Origin: Mytilus edulis
Lineage: Eukaryota
Assembly: GCF_963676685.1 (NCBI RefSeq)
Contig: NC_092345.1
Coordinates: forward strand, 69,502,001-69,566,000
Direction of reading: 5' to 3'
DNA length: 64,000 nucleotides
In this document: piece by piece, positions 53,182 through 64,000 of the stretch
Layout: the number at the start of each line of letters is the position of its first letter
Position numbering within the stretch: the stretch's first letter is position 1
Position numbers and translations under genes: made by a program
Notes under the pieces: model-generated
Databases searched by the model: none
What the model saw: only the letters and a program-made list of their open reading frames with translations
Told to the model about the DNA's origin: nothing

Positions 53182-56100
53182 GTAAATATTTTTCAATGTA
53201 GCATTTGGTTATGTTTATAGAGCTAGACGATAACCGTAAAGTTAACGATGTTTTAATGTTATGTTTTAATTTTGGTCCCCAGTGCTCTTTCACTTCGTAC
53301 TTTATTTGGCCTTTTAACTTTTATGGATTTGCGCGTCACTGATAAGTCTTTTGTAGACGAAGAAACTTTAATTCTGGTATCTATGATTAGTTTATTAGGT
53401 CTTTCCACCTTTCCGTGGAAAGACCTATTGGTTTTCTTCTGATAATATTTTTTTCTTCCGCCTAATTTTCTTTCCTTCGCTGTTTTTTTGTTTCACAAGA
53501 TGTCGCTTAGATATATTGTATATGATATCACAGGGTTAATACGCTTTTGAAACTGACACCGTGTAACACAAATCTTTTCCGTGTAAGAGTTATCTCCCCG
53601 AACACTGTTTTTCTTGTTATCACTTATATGTCGCAACCATATAAGAAACCGACAAATCTATTTTACCAAATTACTCGTTATATCCTCAGGATGAATTGAA
53701 TAATTTTAATGGAAGTTATCCCCCTTTTGTATATGATATAAGTGATATGCATTTCTAACTGGTAAACCATAAGTGATAGAGACCTATGGTCTATTGATTT
53801 AAGATCCTTGGTCCAAAAAAATGAAAATTAGGTCAAGGTCAAAGGTCAAGGTAATATTCTAAATTTAGATTTTGGCTAATTTTCACTCATTTTCATTAAC
53901 ATTATAAGATATCGACAAATTATTTTTACTAAATTGTTAGTTGCGACATGTCGTAACTTATAAATTTTGGTTGAAAGGGTGTGTAAACAATAAATGGAAG
54001 TTTTCGCCGCTCTTATATCTAGAATTATGCGTAAAGTGATATTACTCATGAACCATACATATTAAGGAACTAGTGTCTTTTGATTTGAGATCCTTAGTCT
54101 ATGACCTTGAAATTGAGGTCAAGGTCAAAGGTTAATTGGACGTTCTAGATTTTGACCTTTGCTTCAAATTCATATTTAGACATCATAAAGTCATAGGAAC
54201 TGACATATCAATTGAATTTTTAATATTTTCACATCAAAATATGTTGTAAGTGGTGGAAAGACCATCAATGGTTCTCTGAACAATTGGTTTTTAATTTTTT
54301 TTTGTTATCCATGGTTGAATATACTCAATTTTGTTTTACCAATTACAGAAGATAAATTAGTCGAATAATTTAAAATTTTAGTTTTGTTTTTAATGGCATA
54401 AGGGCCTTTTCCCATTCTTGGAAATAAAAAAAGTAGCATTTTGTTATAAGAATGAATTAAAATAAATTAACCTTCTAAGCTACAAATATTAATTCAATGG
54501 GGTTTACCAATGAAAGCTTACACCATGTCTAACTGAATAGAAAAAGGAGTTTTACATTCTGTGTATTCTTATTTTTGAACAGAAAAGTATTTATAAAAAT
54601 CAAAGACAACGAGGGACGAACAGAACATTATAAACGTTTTATTATTGTACGAGAAGAACATGTAACAAACGATGCAAATCCACCAGAACTTATTTTCTTG
54701 GATTTTGTAACCTCTTGTCAAAAACACACAAAGGAAGGCACTTGTAGTTTTTATCCATCCTTGATTAAGAAATTAAAGTTTTTGCTCAGACACTGTCCTA
54801 CGCCCATTCCATTTCGTTTCATTTTATGATATCGACTTATACCACAAGATGTATATGAAAATGCACGAAGATCAAACATAAATGTAGGACTCTTTATTAT
54901 CCCGGTTTTTACAAGTTATTTTTTTTTTAAATATTTTTTATATTAGTTTATTCGTATCTTTATAAAACAATTTCATATTCAGTCTTGTTTTAAAGTTAGA
55001 AAATTAACTGTTTTGATGGTAATCGAAGTTGATGGTGTCTTAGGTTACATACACAACAGGCATTTGTAATTCCGATATTGTACGATATATTATCACATGG
55101 CTGGATACAGTTTATTAACGGGGATTAGTATAAAAAGACACGAAGGGTGTAATTATTGGAGCGGGTGTTTATTTTTCGAAAAGAAAATTTTGGAGATATT
55201 GATAGCCTTTTTGTTATTTAATTCCTTTTTTAAATTGTTACCGAATCATGCCACAAAATAAATACAGGACGTATTTTATGATTTCAAAATTGTGCTTACA
55301 TATATGACATAGGAGAATAATATATCAAGTTGAAATCCAATGAAACAAAACATGTTTTCCAAACCGCTTTTGGCTTAAACTTTTCTCAAATAATGTTAAT
55401 TACTGAAATGTAAATAAAAAAATTGTCATAAAAAACCATGAATTGACAGCAATCGATAGTATTACAATAATCAACTTCAACGTGTCCATTTATCCAGTTT
55501 TTACAATGTACAGCTTGTGTGTATGCCCTTTTCCTATTTATGGAAATAAAATACATTTGTATGTTTAAACTTACAAAGTAAGATATACTTTCTAACTTTA
55601 TGACACCTGGAACGACAAGATCTAGAGGTAAGGGCTACTTTGAGTTATATAACCATCATATAAGGCGTGGTTATTGGACTATCCTGGATATATTGAAGGC
55701 ATTTAAAAAACGTTACATTCAAAACCAGAAGGCAGATATGTATATATAGGTAGAAGGAAGTTTACCAACGTCAGTCCAGGTACAAAGTTTGAGATATTAG
55801 TTAATTTCCTGAGGACGGCTCAGTACTAGTATATCTTTCACCGATCTCACGATTTCCAAGTAAGGTAATAAAAAAAAGGATGTGTCATAAACAGGAACAT
55901 AAAACCCTATATTTTCAAATTAATCATATTCAAATCAGGAATAAGTGAAAGGCACAAAATATATCATTTCCGAAAAAGAAGGTACATTATATTTTCTTTT
56001 AAAATATATATAACTATATAATGCGAATTATTCACTCCATAAAAACATCCATAGAAACACCACCCTAGAGCAACGAAAAATGTTTTTTTCGTTTTGAATT

Positions 56101-56874
56101 TTACTCAGAGTTCAGTATTTTTGTGATTTTACTTTTTGTCCATTGGAAGGGAAAATCCAATGTATTTAATGAAAGTAGTCGATGCTATATTATCCATCCT
56201 TGAAAATAAATAAAAGCATCGATATCTCGCTTATTATATGAGAATACGGGTGTATCATTGTTTTCAAAACTTTGAATTTACGAAATGAGAAGGAAATTGT
56301 GCTTCAGATTACCTTATCTCTACTATACAGAATTTTTGGCGATCTAGACCACTTGGACACCTCGACTGAACCAAACATTCAGCTTTTGATGGTGTAGTGT
56401 TACATTTTGTCTCTTATAATAATTTTAAGAATGGCATTAATAACTATTTTATGTTTTTTATTATATATGTATACATTTTATTCCATGTGAGTATTAATGG
56501 CGAGACTTCAATAAACTTATCTATCTATATATCAATCTAATAGACGTATTTACATGTGTATGCAAATTTGTCCGCCATTACAAAAACATCATACAGGTTC
56601 CCGTAAATTTTGACAGCATAATTCAGAACATTTGACGTCACATCTAAAAAGTGATTGTTGCTTGACGTCTTAAGGTTAATCGGAGATGATATAAGGTCAT
56701 TCGGAGTCACAATACCAAAAGTGTAAATACGTTTATTAAAAACCGATCTCTCATGGCTCCCGTTTTCTGTTATGTCGAGATGAATGATTTGCAGACTGAT
56801 AATAATATTTTAGCATATTTTATTACCTGACTAGTCATTCCGACAGAAAATAATGTCTTTGCGTATTTTGTTAC

Positions 56875-57132
56875 CTGGCGTGCTTTTCCAAGGAAATTGA
56901 CAATACTTTCACAGCATTCGTAGGAGTGCAGCGTTGAGCAATGATCCTAAAGTCCTAAACGTGATGAATCTGATTCTGACCATGACGAACTTACTATACC
57001 AAGAACTATGAACAAAAATCCTACTTGTATTATAAAAATGGTAAGACGAACATTCAATGGAAACTCAAAAAAGTTTTCAGTTCCTTTTACTAGAACGTCT
57101 GACCAGGACATCGACTTTTCAACAGTTGCCAT
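56875..57132 (-). pseudogene. Disrupted copy of claudin exon 1
   Basis: Near copy of 6418-6688 in which GLW becomes GL* (TGG>TAG), with a small deletion after it. The duplicated block (about 54870-57430, matching 670-6935) ends before exon 2. Confidence 0.8.
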
Positions 57133-57448
57133 GTCCTGAAAGAATATCAATCGTTACACAAGGAACTATATATATATATAAATACCTTTATCGCATTCAT
57201 TTCATCTACAAAATTGAATTCAACCCTTATTACCTGTAATAAAACGACTAGATATATCAATTCTTTTTTAATTGAACGGAGACTAATTTATAAACTTATA
57301 TATGCATACGGAATGATCATACGAAACATTGATGAAAAACTCAGAGAAAATATGACGACATAATCATAACCATGGAACGAGATTGAAACGATCAGTCAAT
57401 CACGACATTTACGGTAACATACTTTTAAAACTGTTTAATATTTTTTAG

Positions 57449-57717
57449 GTACAGATATGACAAACCTTAAAATGATTGTAGTGCGCATGCTTCTAGGTGA
57501 AATTTATATTACCAATGTCCAATACTCGTTCAAAAAACCACCTTGCAAACAATGTGTACCTGGTCATCTTGGTTCATGTGATAAATTGGCTCATAAACAG
57601 GGCATTTTTAACTCGGTTATGGCGGCTATTTACGGAAAACACAGAGAATTTATAACATATGAACAAAACAGCTGTTCAAGTTATCCAGAATATATAATAA
57701 CTTATAACAGAGAATGA
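57449..57717 (+). pseudogene. Orphan, more diverged PARP terminal exon (third copy)
   Basis: TTTTTTAG|GTACAGATATG; open frame ...KKPPCKQCVPGHLGSCDKLAH...REFITYEQNSCSSYPEYIITYNRE*. It has no exon 4 of its own upstream. Confidence 0.7.
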
Positions 57718-59177
57718 GAAAACGATATTTATGTACAGCAAATTTTGTAATCTTAACATTATATATATTATATGTTTTTGTTGTGAATTGATGTATAGTG
57801 AAAAAACTTATACAGCCCTGAACAATACAGTATAGTGTACGCATATATGTGTATTAAAAGTTGAATAACTGTTAGAATTTACCTATTTTTCGAAAAGGTC
57901 TTTAAATACATTTGGACATTTAGTCTACAGATATTTATTTTGGACATTATAATTATGGAGTATTGAAACTGTTTCAATTCCGATTAATCACCAGCCATAG
58001 TGAAATAGTTCTGATGATATCAATTCCAAAACAGAACTTGAAACGTTTATACTGAAACTCAACATTAAGTAATAATTGTACAATGACTTTCGAAGTGTTA
58101 TCAAAAGTATATACTGAAGTAACACATATTATTACATTAAATTTCTATCATAACAGTGCAGTAAAATATTCAATAGAGCTCAGATATGTATAAGCAAACG
58201 ACATACATCAGATACGTGCCACTCACTATAATTATTATTTGTTAGTGTTCCAATGTATGAAGAGTATGATAGCTTAATAAATATTTGATTGTTTAAGACT
58301 ATCCCAAGTGACAACCGTAGATACTCTTATTTCGTTAAGTTGGTAAAGATGCTTTTATTATTTTGTCTCTTTTAAAAAAATCAGTCATACTGTATTAGTA
58401 GTTTTTGTTCCTTTCTGTTTGGTTATTGTTATCTTTATACAACTGTTACACTTTTTTGTTCGATAAACACGTCAACACAAGCCTATATGCATTAGTTGTA
58501 ATCTGTTTGTGTGGAATATTTGTATAGAAAAAAATATCATTCATAAAGAAAAACACTGTTACGGAATGAATAAGATACCAGGCCTTCATTTACCGTAGGT
58601 AATCAGTAGTGGCATTAACATATGAAGGTAAAGATTTGAGGAAGGTGAACACCAGGCAATTAACGGGTGACCGATATTTGATGAGTCAATGCAGCCATTC
58701 CACAAACGCCTTAATCGGCAAAGGAGCGAAATGTCATAGAAGCCATTTATCTCAGTGGGCCAACAGTTTAAACTTTTCCTTTAATCGCATGCAAGTTCTA
58801 CAGATTGAAGATCATTGAACAGAATATTCACTGTAATAACGTGTGTGCAATATTGTCATTTCCAGACGATCTTTTCTTAACTTTCCTTCACCAGGCATGA
58901 TTTTAATAACGAAGATAAGACATTTTGACTGTGTAATCTATTAGAAAAAGATTTCCTAGTTTTTTTAACCTATTAAAAATTGTGTCGATTCACTGTATGA
59001 ATTAAGTGAGACTTGGTCATCATATTCAGTTTTATTCTAAAAATATCATTCTATCATGTATTAAAAATAAACGCTTACAATGAAAACTGATCAAATAAAT
59101 TGATATTTATCATTTTATCAATAATGTGATAATTCCCTAATCTCAAACACTGATAATGTTGACATCATACAGTAATA

Positions 59178-62100
59178 ATGGGTAGGAGCTCGGGTGGGTT
59201 CCATTCTCTGTCTCTCCTGTTTTTGTTTTGCTTTCTGCTCACCAAGCATGGTAGCTTATCTGCAGAAGAGAGTAGTACATCACAGGACGAAGAGAATGGT
59301 TCAACATTAAACTGGACACCGGCTACGGTAAGTATGATGATAATATTGTCCTTGATGAACTTGTCAAATAAGGCTATTTTACCTGTATTTTTGTTAAAAT
59401 CACTTCACAAGTTTCTATATTATCGTTTCAATTGTTTGAAGGTACATAACGTAAGATTAGATTCAAACATTATCAATATAATGCAACATTTTGAATTTGA
59501 TCACAATGGTAAATATGTTATTCAAATATATTATTATTTTTATTTAATTTGTAAAAATTTCCATGAAAGGATTGTTGTTTTTGTTCTATTTATTAGTTTT
59601 TTATTTCACATATAAAATACAATTTGTTGAAATCTAACTTTTATAATTTTCAAATTCAATCGGTACAAATATTTTTTTTTAAATTCAACATTTTAGATCT
59701 TTATGCACTATTTTATAATCAACATGTACATGATTCATAATCAATAATATTTTCTTATGCGCGATTGTTGCATTCTGGGAATAGAATTGACGTCAAGGGG
59801 TAAAATTTTTCACTAATGTAAATATTGGCTTTTTTTGGAAGAACTGGAACCCATAAGGTCAAATTCAATCACAGAATGCAATTAACAATTTGAATAAAAA
59901 ATAATAATGCATTTATCTGGAAATTACTGAATTAAAATGAAGAACAGGATATGAAATAATACTTAAATCTGACAACCAACGACCGTAACTCTGGAACGGC
60001 AAACCAGAAAGAAAAAATCCGAATTATCAAGTAGAGTGTTGGGGGTAGCAATTCAGGCATGCTGGAATAATTTGTCGAAATGTGAAAATGCATTAAATGT
60101 AACAATTCAAGTCCTATCACTCTGAAGGTTAAAACTAATTTCAGTTAACGTTTGAAGTATTGATAGTTTACCATAGTACGTCCCGTGTAAAAATTTCGCT
60201 AAAATGAAAGTTGACACTTATAATTTACTACCAATTTACAAACATAGGAGATATCAGTTTAAAGCTAGTGATAAAATTTGTTTCTGTCTTTAAGGAGAAA
60301 AGAACACTGTAATAGTTTGTCAGTTTACCATAAATAGTATTCATAGATTCAACGTTTACAACTCAGTACGCCAGACGCACAAGAATCATCAGAAGCGCTA
60401 GAATCAAAACAGCCAAATCAAAATTAACAGCATTGAAATAAAAAAAAAAGTGCTATGGCCATCTACGCATAGAGAATAATCTTTGTGTTTTTCTGTTTTT
60501 TTCTTTCATTTTAATGAACAGTCCGGACGGGTTTGATTACGTTGCGGCTGGTGATATCCAATCATTTTCATTATATAAAAAAAACAGAGGAAAATATGAT
60601 AGAAATGCAGAAAAGAAAAAAAAGAAGAAAAGTTGACACAATACAACAGTAATGATGTATTTCGTTTGTTGTTGTTGTTTTTTTTTTAGAAAATATTAAT
60701 ACTTTAAGTAAGAGAAGCTTTAAGATGAAAATATTTAATTTCAATGCTTTACTTTGATTTAACGAAGATATGTTTGATGATTTCAGTCCGTAGTACCTCA
60801 TTTTGGTTTTTCTGACGTTAAAGTGGCCATAACAGATATAAGTACAGGTACATCAATTTAAGATTTAAATTTCTTAACGTTTTGATAGTGTTAAATCTCA
60901 TTTAAAAGAAAAGTAAGCTTCTTATTACTATCATTCAAAGACACAACAAAAAGAAATGAAACAAGACTCAAAAAAGACACACAAGAAATTTTTATGTAAG
61001 TTCAGGGTGTTAATGAACCAAGCCAACTGTAATATTAATATCACTTGTTGCAGGATTTCGTGTAATTCAAAAAAAAAAAAAAAGCTTAAGAAATATGGGA
61101 TTATTGACAACGACATAATTATGAATCAACAATCAAAGTCCAGATCTAGTCAAATCTGAATTTAGAATAGGAAAAGCAATGATTAAAATAACAGCTTCAA
61201 GAAATTTAAATCGCAAAGTCCCTTGTAAAAATTTCAAGATCAAAGCTCGAACACATTAAACGAATGGAAACTGTCATATCTTTGACTTGGTACATGCATT
61301 TCGTTGTGTAAAAAATGGTGGATTGAACATTGTTTCGTAGATAACAAAACTCTCACGTGTATCATACTGAGTTCCATTCAATTCTATTATATTGACAACA
61401 ATGTGTGAACAAACTAAACAAACATAATACTAGTAGGTTAAAATAGCAAAAATAGGGGTACAAAACCATTTTAGACTGCATTCCCCTAATACAGGCAATT
61501 CTTCAAGGCTTAAGTATTTATAACCAAGTTTTTTGTTTATTTGTTTTTTTCTTAGAAATGCCTGTACCTGGTGGAAAATTTAGATATACATTTACTGTGA
61601 CCAATACTGGAAGTACAACACGAAATATTACTGTTACCACCAAGGTTGACAATTATGTAAGAAACAATTTGGCCATCTTATTCAAGTACCATAATATTAA
61701 CGAACGAAACGCGCCCTTTGTCTAAAGCCTGTGAGTTTTATTAATGATATGATTAACAACTGTACCAAACTTATGGTCTGACACTAGAATTTATTAATCG
61801 TTTGATACACAAATGTAACAGCCCCAGTTGTTCTTTGGTAACGTGCCTGCCTCGAATGCGGGAAATGATGGGTCAGACATAGCCAAAATCAAACCCTTGA
61901 CATGATGTATTCCCAGCATCTCTACTTAACATGCTGTTTAGGGGTAACGGCAAGTATTAGGTTCGATATCAGGGAACGTGTCAAGGTAGAGTCACGTGTC
62001 GTGTTGTGTATAACAACTTTAAAATCCGGCTAATAGGATAGGTCTCATAAAGAGCTTGATTAACATTCGTATCAAATTATCATCATCATCATCATATTTG

Positions 62101-62753
62101 TTTTCGTCTACGGCGTCGTAGTTCTAATCTTCATTATCATCATCACCGCCATCATCATCATCATTGTGTCGTCTTTGTCGTCTGTGTTATCGCCATCATA
62201 AAATGTGTTATGATTGTCATTGAGACAACTATCCTCCATAGGACGTACACGCTCACGTAAGCATCTGTTATATTATCGTATGGACTTAGAAAATTAGCAA
62301 CACGCGTACTGTAAAGTGACCTATCAAATGACTCTGTTTTATAAAATGGGAAAACGAATCGTCAGCTTTATTGATAAACACATATGACATACATACGATT
62401 ATGGTTATGATTGTCGATGAGACAAACATTCACTATAAAAGAAGAATCGACGATATAAATGAGTAAACCGTGTTCTTATTTTCAAAAAAATAAAAAAAAG
62501 TATTTCATGTTTGTGCGGTAGAACAAGTCCCGATGACCACTTGAGCATATGCCAAAGCTGAATGGTAAATCTTGAACTTGTTATTCTTTGTTGAAGTGCT
62601 TTTTAATACTTATAATACTGTGAAAGGACATGATTTTCTTTAGATGCTGATAGCTGTGATTCCAAACCCGACATTTGCACTCAATCAAAAACAATCACAT
62701 ACTGGAACGATTACAGTCACAGTAAACCGAAAGGCTAGACCAGGTTTAGAAAG
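59178..62753 (+). CDS. Secreted or membrane protein with an Ig-like beta-sandwich segment; exons 59178-59327, 60787-60847, 61556-61656, 62644-62753; incomplete at the 3' end
   Basis: Signal peptide (LSLLFLFCFLL). GT-AG exons with compatible phases 0,1,0,2 give ...DISTEMPVPGGKFRYTFTVTNTGSTTRNITVTTKVDNYMLIAVIPNPTFALNQKQSHTGTITVTVNRKARPGLE. Confidence 0.65.
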
Positions 62754-64000
62754 GTAAATATTTTTCAATGTAGCAGTTGGTTTGGTTTATAGAGCTATGC
62801 AATAATTGTAAAGTTAACGTTAATTGTTTTAATGTTATGTCTGTGATCAATGGTTAAATATATTCATGTTCATTTTTTTAACCAATTACAGAAGGTAAAT
62901 GTGTCTTTCATATTCTTGGAAATATAAAAAAAAATGAATTTTGGTATAAGAATGAATTAAAATAAATCTACCTTCACAGCTACAAATCTTATTTCAATGG
63001 GGTTTATCATGAAAGCTTACACCATGTCTAACTAAATAGCAAAAAGTAGTTTTACAATCTTATATTTTTATTTATACAGAAGAGTATTTATAACAATAAC
63101 AGACAACGAGGGACGAACAGAACATTATAAACGTTTTATTGTTGTACGAGAAGAACCTGTTACAAACGATGCCAACCCACCAGAACTTATTTTCTTGGAT
63201 TTTGTAACCTCTTGTAAAAAAAGCCCAAAGAAGCATACTCGATGTGGGGTAAGAATTCACAAAAATAAAAATATTGTTATTAAACATTTTGTGCATTGAC
63301 TCGTTTCTTTCTCTCTCTAATTTCCTTCATAAAAACGCTAATTATAAAGAAAATTAAGGCCAAGGATGTATAAGAACTTGGAGAGCTGCAGTATGTGATC
63401 AAAAGGATCATAACAAGATTAACCAAAGTTACAATTTAAAACTCTTTTCTCGTAATCACTACATAACAGATCAAAGTTACTCAGAACTACACATATGTGT
63501 TTACCAATGTTGTTTTGGTTGGGTTGTGATTAAAGTGAAAGCAAAATGAGTTGGAAAACAAAAATGACAAAAAATCAGATAAATCGGCAGACGTAGAAAC
63601 AAATTTTTTGTAACAATTGTATTGTTACACATTTATAGTTCGTACAATTCTCTCTCAGTCAATTAAGATATGTTCAGTTTGTGTTCAGGCTATTCAGTAC
63701 TTGCTGTGTACTAGTACTTGTACAAATCAACATCATACTGATTTGTCTCATAAAATACTGAACAGTCTTGAATTGACCGTAAGCGATTTATTTTAGCTTC
63801 ACTGAATTTTTCTCTGAGTGGGCAGTAAAATTCCCTATTGTCCTTTTGTTTTTATTTTGTGTGTTTGCTGTCATCTTGTAGTACATCACATATCTCTCCC
63901 TTTTATTTAACATTATTGTTTCAACGTGTCACACATCTCAACTTAATTTAAAATCACTTGATTTTGTAAAAACTATTAGATTTTTATAGAAGAAATGGGA

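Noticed and set aside
62078-62200. (CAT)n/(CGT)n low-complexity tract as a His-rich exon
   Set aside because: Degenerate intronic microsatellite without compatible splice sites.
1-64000. Prokaryotic defence system or operon
   Set aside because: Spliced genes, very low coding density and eukaryotic TEs. Most short ORF-track entries are chance ORFs in AT-rich or repeat DNA.

Overview
This is AT-rich, repeat-dense eukaryotic DNA with spliced genes. The repeat families resemble those of bivalve molluscs, probably Mytilus (inference). The main result is an intact five-exon gene on the + strand (26444-41501, every intron GT-AG and phase 1, 463 aa). It joins a claudin/PMP22-type four-TM domain in frame to a C-terminal PARP (ARTD) catalytic domain with an intact H-Y-E triad. 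It lies in a birth-and-death cluster: a divergently oriented paralog runs off the left edge (exons 6418-6688 and 425-574), there are two broken claudin exon-1 copies, a tandem duplicate truncated inside the PARP exon (44870-48950) and an orphan PARP last exon (57449-57717). Other genes are a disrupted alpha-1,3-fucosyltransferase (GT10) and a signal-peptide, Ig-like-fold gene that runs off the right edge. Mobile DNA includes an L1/Tx1-type LINE with TSD and an empty paralogous site, Penelope-like RT fragments, Tc1, Kolobok-like, CMC-like, Harbinger-like and Helitron elements, and MITEs. There are also ~350-bp hammerhead-ribozyme (retrozyme-like) repeats and a 777-bp palindrome. All gene models were built by eye and lack transcript support.
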